A stretch of 64,000 nucleotides of DNA from Octopus vulgaris (Eukaryota): positions 27,838,001 through 27,902,000 of the forward strand of contig OX597833.1 of NCBI GenBank assembly GCA_951406725.2, written 5' to 3'. Below the pieces are notes generated by a model. It did no database searches, was not told the origin of the DNA, and saw only the letters and a program-made list of their open reading frames with translations. Both the position numbers and the translations under genes were made by a program. Shown here in pieces: positions 45,765 through 61,560 of this stretch (its first letter is position 1; each line of letters begins with the position of its first letter).

Positions 45765-46339
45765 CACCAAGCAAAAGGATAGATATTTTTATAAGATTGT
45801 ATTGTTAATTAAATATAGTATTTAGCTGGTACAATGAATAATTAACAGAGGAAGGAATAAAGCTAAATTCACCTTAAGCGGGGTTTGACTTCAGACTAAA
45901 ATGTTATCTTACAAAATAATGTTCGTTTTTTATAACTTTCCAGTCAACCACACTCCGACTGTTTAGAAAAGTCATATTGATTTCTATGGAAAAAATATTT
46001 GTTTTGTTTTCTATGGTAGATAAAAGGGCCATAATGTTGGCGAACTTTATGGTCCGTTAAGTTGACCTTAGGCGTTAACCAATGTATATTTTGTTAACAC
46101 GCGCACGCGCACATGTACACGCACACGCGCACACAGATAAACAAACATACACGCAAGTAGACATATAGGGTCCAGTACATTTGTAACATGGTTGGATCTG
46201 CCGGGTTATATGCCTCACTAGCATAGCTACCGAACAACCATTGTCACTGGTGCACCACTATAAAGGCACTGAAGTTGGGTTTCGCAACATATATATGTAC
46301 GTGTATATATGTATATATATCTATGCATATATATATATC

Positions 46340-46440
<101 letters not shown>

Positions 46441-46549
46441 AAATAAGCAACAAGGATATTTTGATTATAATCACCTTATTTTAAATTGTATGGATAATAT
46501 CATACTAAATTCTGGTGCCTCAACTTAAGTACCATATTCATCTGAATCT

Positions 46550-46585
<36 letters not shown>

Positions 46586-46860
46586 TATATATATGTGTGT
46601 GTGTGTATTTATATATATGTATGCATATTTGTATGTATGTATGTATGTATGTATGTATGTATATGGAATTTTATAGATGGATAGATAGGTAGATATACAT
46701 AGATAAATATACATAAAGACACGTAGGTATATAGATATACATACATGTATATGTATAAACGTATGTATATACATATATATTTACACACACACACACACAC
46801 GCACACTCACACTCACACACATGATAATTATCGTTGTTGTTGTTGTTGCTGTTGTTATGG

Positions 46861-46916
<56 letters not shown>

Positions 46917-47348
46917 GACGATGCTGTTAATTATATTTTGAAATATTGATACCTAATATGTTGACTACATCAAATATGCATTACCAATCAATATATTATC
47001 AGTATGTTAAACCCACGAGCATCAAATACATAAGAATATATATTAGCTTAATAAATTGACACAAAATATAATATTTACGTACCTACCAGTGATTGAAACA
47101 TTTATTTTACAGATTCATACACACACATACTTACACACGCACACATAGACGCATACATTCATACATACGTATATATGTGTGGCTGTATGTGTCTATGTGC
47201 CAACGCACGAAATTCTCGGACCTTGAGTCACTCTCTTACTTCTGCTAAATACTAATAAAAGTATACATATATTCATATTTTGAGCTCTATTTTTCCTGTT
47301 TGTATCAACATGCCTATTATTTATACACACACACACACACATATATAT

Positions 47349-47493
47349 AATTATAAATAAGGGCAAAAGAAAAAATTTCTATATCAATCGTTAATCCTCA
47401 CATACAATATACTGTATCTGGTGACAGACGATTTAAAATCTATTTCTCAGCATATCGGCAGAATTTTTTTTTCTTTTGCCCTTATTTATAATT
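47349..47493. repeat. Short foldback with ~32 bp arms
   Basis: aattataaataagggcaaaagaaaaaa / ttttttcttttgcccttatttataatt. Confidence 0.8.
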
Positions 47494-47566
47494 GTTTATA
47501 ATTTTCACTTTTAAAGGTATTTTAATATGCTGGCCACTTGATGAAAAAAAATATCCTCTATTAAAA

Positions 47567-47621
<55 letters not shown>

Positions 47622-47786
47622 TATACACTTCTAATACAGAATAATATAGGGGATATATATATATATATATATATGCACAGGTTTCTAATATTTGGAAACC
47701 TCTAAATTTTTTTAGAAATATTTTTGGGAAACTTTCAAATTAAAGGACAAATTTGATTCAACCGTTTTTCACACACACACATACGC

Positions 47787-47834
<48 letters not shown>

Positions 47835-47900
47835 ACATATGTGTATTTTAATATCTGTGAATATATGTGTGTGTATGTATGCATAAAAAGATAGATAGAC

Positions 47901-48045
<145 letters not shown>

Positions 48046-48172
48046 TAGATAGATAGATAGACAGATAGGTAGGTAGGTAGAGAGACAAAGAGACAAACAG
48101 ACAGATTGAGCCTTAAGTGTATAATATTTTCAATAAAGGGAGGGCCGAAGGATTCAAATCCATGTAATATAC

Positions 48173-48235
<63 letters not shown>

Positions 48236-48265
48236 TATTCATTCCTCTATATATACATATATATT

Positions 48266-48305
<40 letters not shown>

Positions 48306-48696
48306 CACATACACTTCAAAACACTTTATATTTAATTACATAGCAAAACAAATAATGGTGAATGCACACGTTCACGATGAACAAAACGAATAATGATAAT
48401 ACTAACTTAGTATCAATAAAATGTCGAATGTTTGGCTACCTAGCATTTTGTCTACCTTGCACCAGTCTAGTAATATTTCCTCTTGAAATCCGGAATCTAT
48501 TGGAACAAAGCTAGGTTTGTACTCCTTCAATACCCTGGTTTATTTTGCGAACAACATATTAACTGTAGACCTTATAACGCACTGAGTAGTTTTAACTCGT
48601 CAACCTCTGAACAAGATATATAGCGAATTCATATACACTTATATAGAAGCATATTCACACATATATAGGTGTAAAACAGAAGTTCATATATGTATG

Positions 48697-48730
<34 letters not shown>

Positions 48731-48744
48731 TGTATGTATGTATG

Positions 48745-48808
<64 letters not shown>

Positions 48809-48910
48809 CAACAAAGTGAATTTGTAAGATACCGCACGAGTGGAATTATATATGAAAGAAGGTCCTTCTTTCATATATATTTATATTTATATGTGAGTGT
48901 GTGTGTACTC

Positions 48911-48955
<45 letters not shown>

Positions 48956-49041
48956 TATATACGTACATATATATAATATCATATAATATATATATACACA
49001 CATACATATGTATATATATACATGTACATATACATTGATTC

Positions 49042-49074
<33 letters not shown>

Positions 49075-49290
49075 TGTGTATATATGTGCCCGTGCCAGTG
49101 TTGCAAGACGCAACGAAAATTTTAGGAAAATAAAAATAAGAAAAAAGAAGTAGAAATTTTACCGGTGAGTGTGTTAAATTATAAGGCACAAAAAGAAAAT
49201 GACTCTCCCCAGATACAACAGTATATAACCACACATATATATATACATTTGTACGTTTACATGCATAGATACACGCGCTTGCACTCACTC

Positions 49291-49321
<31 letters not shown>

Positions 49322-49347
49322 CATATATATATACATACATATATACA

Positions 49348-49415
<68 letters not shown>

Positions 49416-49425
49416 CATATATACA

Positions 49426-49469
<44 letters not shown>

Positions 49470-49675
49470 AAAGAAAGAATATGTGACAACTAGTCGGTTG
49501 TCATAATACGACTCAGAGTTTCGGATGCCGGAGTAGAATTCAGCCCCGGCATCCGAAGAGCTGAGATTTATTATGACAAGTAAAGGATCGTCCTATATTA
49601 TATTTATAGATAAATTCCCCTATTTACATAATATCGAGGTTTCATTCATTCTTTTGTTGTCATATTATTATTATT

Positions 49676-49732
<57 letters not shown>

Positions 49733-49859
49733 GTATGTATGTATGTATATATATATGTGTGTGTGTGTGTGTATATATATGTGTGTGTGTGTGTGTGTGT
49801 AATTACACAGTATATAGCGAAGTACATGAATAATGTTTGTATATATAAATAGATTGTTC

Positions 49860-49946
<87 letters not shown>

Positions 49947-50151
49947 TGATAGATAGATAGATTGATAGATGGATAGATGGATGGATGGATGCATGGATGG
50001 ATGGATGGATGGATTGACAGATAGATAATATATTAAGAGAGAGAATCAGATATTTATATAAGTGTTTCTTATATAAGTGCTTTGTATATATATATATATA
50101 TGTATTTGTGTGTGAGTGTGTGCATATATGTACGTGTGCGTACATATATAT

Positions 50152-50218
<67 letters not shown>

Positions 50219-50547
50219 GCGTGTGTGTATATGAGTATACTGACTGAAGAAGAAAAGCAACCAGAACAACAAAAATAACAACAACAAAAAAGTTTGCTTA
50301 TAGGACTTTATCATGGCAAGAAGAAAACTCAGTTTGTATACAAAGCAGCAACGGGTTTCGGTCCCTTAAGCCGACCTGTTCATGGTGGAATAAAAGGGTA
50401 AAATAAATTAGATATTTTAGATTAAACTTTCATAGTATCAGTTCTGGAAGTTCATATATTTTTACCTATAACTATCACTAGGTCCTGAATCGTGTTTCCT
50501 TCGGATTGTTGCTAGCTTGTAGTGATATATGCGAATATATCTATGTG

Positions 50548-50627
<80 letters not shown>

Positions 50628-50848
50628 TGTATGTATGTATGTATATATAAATGCATATATATATATGTATAAGTATTAAAGTAGTATATGTGTGTATGCG
50701 TGTGTATGCGCGTGTGTGTGTGCATATATGTCATGGTGCACATACAGAGACGGATACACATATATATGAATATTTAGAGGTATCCATACATGCACACACA
50801 CAGACACACACATACACACACACGCATACACACATACGCACTCGCGCA

Positions 50849-50898
<50 letters not shown>

Positions 50899-52966
50899 AA
50901 CACTGAGTCACGGATGTCGTACATGTTCATGTGTTTGGCAGCAGCAGCAGCAGTACCGTTCCAAACATGCGTGATCAAGCTGAAAAGCGTCAAAGATCCA
51001 AAGCACTGATGAACCCAAAGACGAGGTCGAAAGTGTTGCCGGTGTCGTGGACAACAACATTGCTTTCTTCAAATGTGCTGAGGGCGAAAATGCATTGATG
51101 AGTAACACAGTTGTGTAACACAAATATGTATGTGTGCAGTAGATACGGTTTATGGGAACTGTCTTTGCTGTCACTAAGGTGTTTACAAGGTCAAAATGGC
51201 TTGGGTTCATGGGAATGGGTCACATGTAGATAGGTTCTAAATGTTAGGATATATTAAAGAAAAGACAGAAAGAGGGAGAGATTAAACAGTTTTCTGAGTG
51301 AACTTGGATGGTGCATTATTTGAGCGTAAACGAAGGGATGTCTTATGGGTCGGTGCTCTGCTCTGTTTCAGTACTGTATGTACTTTCGTATTTGGCGAGT
51401 ATGTGTGACGAGACTGGTGATGAGAAATGAGGTGTATACTCGTCATTAATACATATGATATTTATCTACCGACGTCGACTTTGTCTTTCATCCTTTCTGT
51501 GTCGATAAAATAAGTACCAGCTGAGAACTGAGATCGATGTAATCGACTGACCCCTTCTCCGAAATTGCTGGCCTTGTGCCAAAATTTGAAACCAATACTT
51601 TCGTGTATATATTTATAAATGTTTTGTTGGTGTATGTGTATGCGTACACACTCTTTCACACACATATTTATTAGATGATAATACCACATGAGTCAGTGAT
51701 AAGAATTCCGTACCAAAGCATTTGCCAGCCTTGATATTTTTCTATTTTTCACCTCTAGGAGAGTTTTGGTATGAATCTCTTGGCCCTATAGTAAATCCTG
51801 AAATATTCATATCTTATAAAGGATTTTATATACACCGCTTACATATATTGACGTGTCTCTGTCTTTTATAGAAACCCAAACGAGCTATTATACACGCACA
51901 TACCCGCCGTCGCGCCCATGTATGCATATGCATGTGGGTGCGAGATGTGAGAAGAGTGAAAAGAAAGAGAAAGAGAAAAGAGGAACAAAGGTCACAATAG
52001 TAGGGGAAGAAAAGACAAAGAGAGGAAATAGTGATCTGTGGTCCAGTATGTGATCTACCTCAAGACAATCACCCAAATGCTAGTAAGTGGCTGAGGGCTG
52101 AATCAGTATTTTCAGGCACTGAATACGGGGACAGATTTTTACAATGTAGAGAAACATGTTAAAGATATGAGTGCCCAGAGTAGCTCAGAAGTAGAGAAAC
52201 CGTCTACTATTTGAAACAATAAGTTAGATGTATCAGTGCCTTCATGTCAAATACATTATTTCTTATTCTTATTTCTGAAAGGTAAATACAGTGAGTCCAT
52301 GTTATAAATAGTTTCAAAGTTACGCACAGCAACATAGATCGGTTGAGCTTATTGCCATCAGACTTGGATGACTAATAGAGTTGCTTAACTAAAGAAGGCA
52401 ATCTGAGCAGTGATATAAAACCGGTTTATTCCTCTACCATCAACTGACTACATGTTCTGAAACGCTTCAGTAACAGGCAATGGGAACAAACTAAATATCC
52501 GATGTGTGTACGCATGCTAACATATATTTATAAATGTATATAGACATAATCATACACCCACCCCCGCAAACCTCACACGCAGGTATTTGTCGAATTTTAG
52601 CTGTACCTATATATAAAGGACGTGTGCGTATAATATAGATGTATATATATAATGTAAATACGTAGCGAGGATGTCCAGGTATTAGTGCATTACGGCCGTT
52701 TCAAGCGGCTCCATTTCATCGATCTATGCAAACACTACACCAATTTGAAATAAACCGCTCTCTCGGGAGCAATGGAACATATAGATTTCCAACAAACGGG
52801 ATAGTCCATTATAATATTTTTCGCAAATTTTTCATCAATACTACAGACTAAAATACGCTGCTTTTTTTGGCTAAATATTGTGGCAGAATGAATTGAGGGA
52901 AAGTATATAGTCTTGGTGCGTCAACTTAAGAAGCTAATACAACTGAGTCTTAATTATTTCTCATAT

Positions 52967-53014
<48 letters not shown>

Positions 53015-53065
53015 AAACATACATGTATATTTATATATACATATATACACATATATAAACACACA

Positions 53066-53118
<53 letters not shown>

Positions 53119-53929
53119 ATATATACATGTTAGGCACATAAAAGATATATATGCACAAACATACACACACGCATATATGTATATATGTACATATATGCAT
53201 AATATATACTATGTGTATATATATGTGTGTGTGTGCGTGTATGTGTACATATATATATACATACATATATATACATATATATACATATATACGTACATAT
53301 GTATATGTGTATATAGGTATACTTTATCTTTAAACATTTATATATATCCATATATGTATATATACATATTTATATATGTGTATATATACATGCATATATG
53401 AATACAGGACATCAAAAAACGTCAACAAAAAGAGACATAAAAACAAAAACATAGAAAACGAACCTTTTGGACACACAGACATATATATGCACACGCACAC
53501 ACAAACACACACACACACATATATATATATAGATATATAGATATATAGATACTTCTGTATCTATACATAGGTATAAACTATTATAAGTATTTAAACTGTT
53601 ATATGGACCATACAATTACATTACTATTCATTATAATTCAAACTACAATATATATACGTGCATACATATGCATATAAATGCATATAAATGCATTTATATA
53701 TGTATATATATATATATATATATACATACACACACATACATACATATATATATATGTATATGCATACGTGCAAATATATGTATAATACTACACTCGCATA
53801 TATATATATATATATGTATTATTTACTCACATATATATTGCGAAATAATTATGTATTCCCTTATGTACAACTGAACATAAGAACAAACTTCGTGTATATG
53901 TGTAAATATATATATATATATATTTACAT

Positions 53930-53961
<32 letters not shown>

Positions 53962-54159
53962 GTATGTATATATATATATATATATTATATATAGACACAT
54001 ATATGTATGTATATATATATACATATATAGACCATATAAATATAGAAAGATTAAATATGAATATATGAGTGCGCGTGCGTGTGTGTATTTGTGTGCGTGT
54101 GTGTGAGTGTGTGTGCACTTATATGCAAGTGTGTATACACGTGTATAAATATGTACGTA

Positions 54160-54422
54160 TGTGGCCTAGTGGTGAGGGTGCAGCGCTCACGATCGGTAGA
54201 TCGTGGGTTCAACTTTCGGACCGGGTGGCACGTTGACTTCTTGAGCAAAACATTTCATTTGATGTTGCTCGAATCCACTGAGCTGTGAGTGGGTAACCGT
54301 GCAATAGAATAGCCTCTTGATTAAAGGTTGACCTTCTCGCCTGGCCAGTGGCGTGGCATCATTCAAAATTTAAAACGATGCAAAGTGACCAGTGATATCC
54401 GATTGTCTGGTCAATCACGTCA
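54160..54422 (+). mobile_element. tRNA-derived SINE, fourth family (related pieces at 16330-16450 and 57170-57390)
   Basis: A box tggcctagtgg, B box ggttcaact, ttgagcaaaaca body, similar 3' part among copies. Confidence 0.65.
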
Positions 54423-55293
54423 TATATATATATATATATGTGTATACACACACACATACACATATATAAATATATACACACACACATATATATATACATA
54501 TATACACATATACACGCACACACACTAACACACACATATGTGTACATTAATATTTATATTTATACACGTATTCTTTTACTTGTTTCAGTCATTTGACTGC
54601 GGCCATGCTGGAGCACCGCCTTCAGTCGAACAAATTGACCCAGGACTTATTGTTTGTAACCCTAGTACTTATTCTATCGGTCTCTCTCGCCGAATAACTA
54701 GGCTACTGGGACGTAAACACACCAATGTTGGTTGTCAAGCGATGGTAGACACACAAATATATATATATATATATATATGAGCATACATTTCTATGTATAT
54801 TTATATGTATACACATACACGCACATACACATATATAAATATATATACATACACATATATGTGGGTGGGGTGAGTATATATTATTGTCGTGCACGTAAAG
54901 ATTCAAGTGATGCGTCACCGTACATGCCCTGTCGTGTTGCACAACTGCTACAGAGTAGAAAATCTTATTTCATATAAAATACATCATGATATAATGTGGA
55001 AAGAACTGTTGTCGAAATAATGAACTGTTATTATTACGTTACTGCGTTTATTCTAAACGAAATGATGTAAACATTGTTGCTGTTTGATGTCATGTGTTAC
55101 GCAGAACCCAGATTTTTATGCTTTGTTGGAAAGTGTACTTTGGTTTATGCACGTCGAGTAGTTTTACGGTTTGTATATAAAATGTGTGTGTGCGTGCGTG
55201 CGAGTGTGTGAAAGTGAGAGTGAGTGGGTGTGCACATATATATTTTATACGCACACACGTACATACATACACATATACATACATATCTATCTA

Positions 55294-55378
<85 letters not shown>

Positions 55379-55493
55379 TGTATATATATATTGTATATAT
55401 ACATGTATACTCATATACAAAGAGTGTGAAGGAGACTGAGACATTTCTATCTATATGCATATACTCATATATACACACGCATGCACGCGCGCA

Positions 55494-55543
<50 letters not shown>

Positions 55544-55556
55544 TATATATGTAAAA

Positions 55557-55785
55557 GGCGGCGAGCTGGCAGAAACGTTAGCACGCCGGGCGAAATGCGT
55601 AGCTGTATTTCGTCTGTCGTCACGTTCCGAGTTCAAATTCCGCCGAGGTCGACTTTGCCCTTCATCCTTTCGGGGTCGATAAATTAAGTACCAGTTACAC
55701 ACTGGGGTCGATATAATCGACTTAATCCGTTTGTCTGACCTTGTTTGTCCCGTCTGTGTTTAGCCCCTTGTGGGTAGTAAAGAAA
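55557..55785 (+). mobile_element. SINE family B, well preserved copy
   Basis: ggcggcgagctggcagaaacgttagcacgccgggcgaaatgcg...gagttcaaattccgccgaggtcgac. Confidence 0.92.
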
Positions 55786-56029
55786 TATATATATATATAT
55801 ATATTGAGGGATAGATATAGATAGATAGATAGATAGATAGATAACTCAAAACCACTTATTGTTTAAAACCTGACTGTATATAGATGTCGTCCCTTCAAAG
55901 TAAAGCCCTAAAAATAATTGTTCTACTTGCATGAAATATCAAATCATCACCGTACATAGGCTTGCAAAATCAGGGCATATTGCATAAATTACTCTTAGGT
56001 ATACAATATCTAAAAAGATAGACAGAATA

Positions 56030-56473
56030 TTGATTTCAAATTTTGGTACAAGGTCTGCAATTTCGTGACGGGGGTCAGTCGCTTCCATCGACCCCAGTAT
56101 TTAGCAGGTACTTATTTGATCGATCTCGAAGGGTGAAAGGAAAGGGCAATCTCAGCTGAATTTGAACTCAGAACATGAAGACGGATGAAATGCTGCTAAG
56201 CATTTCGCCTTGCATGCTACCGATTCTGCCAGCTCGCCGCCCAACAGATACACACATTATTGGTTTCAAATTTTGACACAAAACCAGAAATTTCAGAGGA
56301 GGGGTGCGTCGTTGACATCAACCCCACTACTCAATTGATACTTATTTTATTGGTCCCGAAAAGATGAAAGGTAAAGTCCATCTTGGTAGTATTTCACCTC
56401 AGAACTTAAAGAAGGACGAAATGCCGCTAAGTATTTCACCCGGCGTGCTAACGGTTCTGCCAGTTCACCGCCC
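56030..56473 (-). mobile_element. Two tandem SINE family B copies
   Basis: tttcaaattttg...ttctgccag.tc.ccgccc unit repeated at 56030-56243 and 56260-56473. Confidence 0.85.
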
Positions 56474-57091
56474 TACAGATACACAGAATATTAACAGCTG
56501 GACCTATTTCTATCATAACTCCGCTGGATCAGGACTGAACATGTATTCAACAACTGAGTCATTCATAAACTCAGGGATCGTCGTTGTGTCAGTCTAGTTT
56601 GCGCTTCTTGGTAGTTGACCCACACATATTCTCTCCATCACAGTGTATATATGCCATATCTGTGACCTATTCGGATGCAATTGCCGCTTGGTGTTTATTC
56701 AATCCTTCCCTCGAAGCGAAAATTGCTTGAATGGATCAAGAATTTGTATGGCGTTTAGTTGTTTAGTAGACCTTTGTTCGTAATTGTTTTCCATATCTGT
56801 TCTATACCACTGGCAACCGAGCTATTCCTCATAGTTTATTAATGGTTGATATACATATATACAGATTCATGTGTGTGTGTATGTATGTCTGTATGGTCGT
56901 CGAAGAATCCACACATCAGAAAAAATAGGCGTTCGTATTTTTGTCAATATTCCATGTCGGACACTCCGACGGGTGCAGTTGTTAGATAACAGCCTGATTA
57001 TATAGTGTCCAGTGCGAAACCGATTAGTAAGATTGAGTGTAATGGATCGATACAGTTATATATACTTTGATTAATAGATGTATATATTAAC

Positions 57092-57158
<67 letters not shown>

Positions 57159-57447
57159 GATAGATAAAGATGGGTGGTCAACGAGCCAGAGAGTTGAACT
57201 TCCGATCGGTGCGTTGTGTGCCTGAGCAAAACATAATTTCACCGAGAGCTTTGGAGCGACTGGCGTTCCGTTTTGGGGTATATTATCCAAGCCAACCAGT
57301 GGGGGTAGAATCATTTGAATGAGAGAAAGCGCATTGTGACCAACGGTGTATAACAGCATCCGAGAAACTGGTCAATACGGCAATACAGCTATATATATAT
57401 ATATATATATATATACACGCACACACACACACGCACACATATATGGA

Positions 57448-57494
<47 letters not shown>

Positions 57495-58292
57495 CACGGG
57501 CATTCACATACGTATATGCCAGTTGAATTAAAATTGATCCATGTGGGTTCATATGTGCTTATCTACTCTGTGCGTGTGTGTGCGTGTACGTGTGTGCGCG
57601 TGTGTGTGCACGTGTGCGTGCGCGCACATGAACCTCGTTCTTGCTTCATTAAAAGCGGTTAAGTATTTTAGTCCAATGGGATTTTTATTTTTAATATTTT
57701 GAAATATTCCAGTCAGCCAATTATATGTAGTGGCAGTGCTGTTGTGCGTGCATGCGTGCGAACGTGTGCTTGTGTGTGTATGTGTGTGTGTGTGTATGTG
57801 TGCGAGTGTGTATGTGAGCATGTAGATATGTATTATATATATACATATGTATATGCATCCAGGTATATATGTGTATATACACACACATATATATATGTAC
57901 GTATGTACGTGTATGTATACACATATATATACGTACATATTCTTGTGTGAGTGTGTATGTATATATATATATCGTTATTTTGTGGTTGTGCCGTTAATCT
58001 CACATTTACCTGAGATCGGAAACGTGCAACTCGCAATTAGGTTCAAAATGAAATCTATGCGTATATGTGTATGTGTTTGTGTTTATGTGTGTGTGATTTG
58101 TGTGTGTGTGTTTGTGTGCGTGCTTGCGTGTGTGTAAGTATGTACATATGTATGTATATATACATATATATGTAAATAAAAATACGTGTATATGGATACC
58201 TATATATATATATAAATATGTATATGCATGTATATATGGATATGCATATATTTATATATATACATACATACATACATACATACATACATACA

Positions 58293-58344
<52 letters not shown>

Positions 58345-58397
58345 CAGATATGTAGATATAGATTATATGTGGATATATATATATATGTATATGTATG

Positions 58398-58432
<35 letters not shown>

Positions 58433-59070
58433 ATCCACATATAAACGGCGGTGCATCAGCATGGCCACAGCTCTGAGCTGAAACTAGAGAGAGAAAAAAA
58501 TGTCTTATAAATATATTTGTTCCTCACACATATACAGCTATTATGTATGTACGTATGTGTGCATGTCTGTTTAACTGTCTATGTATGTGCGTATAACCCT
58601 CTTATATTCAGATTCATTAGTCGTGACATCTGACCTCACAAATGACCAATTTCTTACCACCAGTGGGTACAAGTAACGTTTAACATAAATCTTTTTGGTT
58701 TTATGGCTATCACAAGAATGGTTTTAGTTTGTCATTAATGGCACCGATGTCACTAGAAATTTTAACAGTTCTTCTCTTGTAGTAGAAACAATGACTAAAC
58801 GACACTTTAACTTCTGAGTTCAATTCACATCGTGGTTAGTAAAATGTAAACCAGAGATAATACTGAAAGACATTCTTTCAGTATAACATAATGCCAGACT
58901 CAGGTTACAAGAACATAATGCATTTATGTGTGTGTATGTATGAATGTATGCATTTGTGTGTATATGTATATATATATATATAATTAATAATAAATATTAG
59001 GGAATAAATCCAAACTTACAGGGAAAAATCAGATTTAGGATTGAATCCAATTTTATAGTAAAATATTATG

Positions 59071-59339
59071 TTATATTAAATTAGAGACAAAACCACTATT
59101 AGGCAAATCATTGTTTAAACCTCGCCAAGATAAATATTTAAACCACCTGATGAATGACTGTAACTCGAAAATTTAAAGACATTAACAGCCATGAAACGAT
59201 CGTAGTGATATATTAATTATATTTTTTTAATAATTTTGTTATATTTTTAAATAATACAAATTAAATAATCTTATGTATTGGCTTAAGTTTTTCATTGTAT
59301 GATTTGCCTAATAGTGGTTTTGTCTCTAATTTAATATAA
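59071..59339. mobile_element. Foldback element: perfect 41 bp inverted arms around a hammerhead
   Basis: 59071-59111 is the exact reverse complement of 59299-59339. Confidence 0.9.
59144..59207 (+). ncRNA. Type I hammerhead ribozyme with intact core
   Basis: cac-CTGATGA-atgactgt...acagccat-GAAA-cgatcg-TA-gtg: all core residues, 3 bp stem I, stem II with one mismatch, palindromic stem III; predicted cut after 59204 (GUA). Confidence 0.8.
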
Positions 59340-59366
59340 TATATATATAGATAGATAGATAGATAT

Positions 59367-59453
<87 letters not shown>

Positions 59454-59530
59454 TATTTCGTTTTGGGATTAGGATTTAGTGTGTTAAATTATAAGGCACA
59501 AAAAGAAAATGACTCTCCCCAGACACAACA

Positions 59531-59577
<47 letters not shown>

Positions 59578-59650
59578 CATACATATATATGCATATATAT
59601 AAGTATATATATACATATATATATATGCATATATATGTACATGTATATAA

Positions 59651-59687
<37 letters not shown>

Positions 59688-60153
59688 TGTGTGTATGTGT
59701 GTTGTTTCATATTTTTTTAAACCAAAGCAATGCAAGTTAGAAGAAATACATGTTGATGGTTTGTACTTTCAATATTTCGGTGTTAGGAGCCCCTCTTGAT
59801 GAAATCTTTTGAAATATTGTAATACGAGGCAAAAACTACAAACCATAGACTTGTGTCATTTCTTGCAGCTCACACAGTTGTGGCTTTAAAAAAACTGTTC
59901 TTTTTGCACTTCTTACCGCTAGCAACATCTAGGTGTTTAATATAATCCCATTTAGTCCCACTAATCTTGATGAAATTGCTCGAGAAAGTGAATGTTCTCC
60001 GTAACTCAATATTATTCGAAATACAATCTCTTTCGTCATAGCCACAAGACAGAGAGATTGTCTGCACATCGTTTTAATATTTCTTACTTGTGATGTTCCC
60101 AACTTCTTTCGCCATTGTGGTTAATGAAGTAATTCTTCACCATTATCATCATC

Positions 60154-60235
<82 letters not shown>

Positions 60236-60271
60236 TTAATTATTAGTATTATCACTATCATTATTACTATT

Positions 60272-60789
60272 ATTCAGTAGTCTTATTTTTATGACGTGCA
60301 TTCACTGCGCGACTGAACGCAACTCTGTGTGCCTAGGTTATGTGCTGTGGTTTGTTGTGGAGCTCTTATTTTCACTGTATTGAAAGTGTTTTACGTAGGA
60401 TTTGTGCGATGCCTAGTGGTGCTATTTTCTGTATGTTATATATACTTGTAAGTCCTGCTGTTTTTGTTACGTATTTGTCTGGATGTTTTTGTTACGTATT
60501 TGTCTGAATGTTTTTGTTTTTTATCAAACCTAATGCGCCTATTACGATAGGAATTGTTTCTGTTTTTAGGCTTCTGCATTCAAGTTACCTCTATTTCCAG
60601 ATCTTTGTATTTTGAAAGTTTCTCCGTTTCCTTCGGAGGAACATTGCCATCTGTTAGTATTGATACATCGATTAAAAAGCATTTTTTTTCTTTGTGATCT
60701 CTCACAAATATATCCGGGCTATTGGCCTTAATATCTCTGTGTATTGACATATCCCAGAGTATGGTTGCTTTCTCATTTTCTGTGACCTC
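60272..60789 (-). mobile_element. 3' end of an R4/Dong-type non-LTR retrotransposon (restriction-like endonuclease domain, pseudogenised)
   Basis: Minus-strand translation ILWD...ANSPDI...CFLIDVS...KETEKLSKYKDLEIE...IPIVIGALG...LRKTL*, stop at 60374-60372; bordered by (TAA)n, the known Dong target. Confidence 0.85.
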
Positions 60790-60809
60790 TTATTATTATT
60801 ATTATTATT

Positions 60810-61328
60810 GAGTGAGAGAGCAGTTCATGCCATCAAAGTGACACTGGGGTAAAATATACGAAGCCCAATATACCCATCATGACTACCCGTCTGATAAGGG
60901 TACACCAGGCACATGCATCACAACCATATTTGCGCGACATGGTGATCTCATATCAAGATAAACAGCACATGACCTTGCAGGTGGGGCCCAGTTAGAAATT
61001 TCTTCAGGTTGAGTAGCCCATCCCGCTCAAAAGGTCCCTGAATAAGGGTTGTTTAAGGATGTTGAAAGAACCACCCATGTTTCCAGAGGTGAATTATTGA
61101 TGCTCCCCCACTACTTCTACTCGTGATCAGAGATGCACATATCGTCAGCCACTAAGGGACATGCTCAACTGGTTAAGGTCAAACAACTGACAAGCAAATC
61201 TGTGGTATTGAGCAGAATATTTGCTGTAGCCCATCTTTTATACCAAGACAAAACAATGTACATGATAACGCTTCCAATCAGTTAAGATCAGAAGCCATGA
61301 GAGCCACTGCCTGGTACTGCATCAGGGC

Positions 61329-61330
<2 letters not shown>
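60810..61330 (-). mobile_element. ~520 bp apparently non-coding element bounded by (TAA)n
   Basis: Second copy at 45176-45554; no tRNA boxes or ORF recognised. Confidence 0.8.
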
Positions 61331-61401
<71 letters not shown>

Positions 61402-61428
61402 GTTATTATTTATTATTATTATTATTAT

Positions 61429-61460
<32 letters not shown>

Positions 61461-61486
61461 TCATCATCATTATCATCATCATCATC

Positions 61487-61560
<74 letters not shown>

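Noticed and set aside
46180-46289. TG...CA solo LTR candidate (minus)
   Set aside because: Too short, with no TSD or second copy.
51003-51040. CTGATGA...GAAA hammerhead-like motif
   Set aside because: No valid stem III/UH in register with the gca/tgc stem I.
56987-57030. CTGATTA...GAAAccgaTT motif
   Set aside because: The core is mutated and the stems are weak, so it is not distinguishable from chance.
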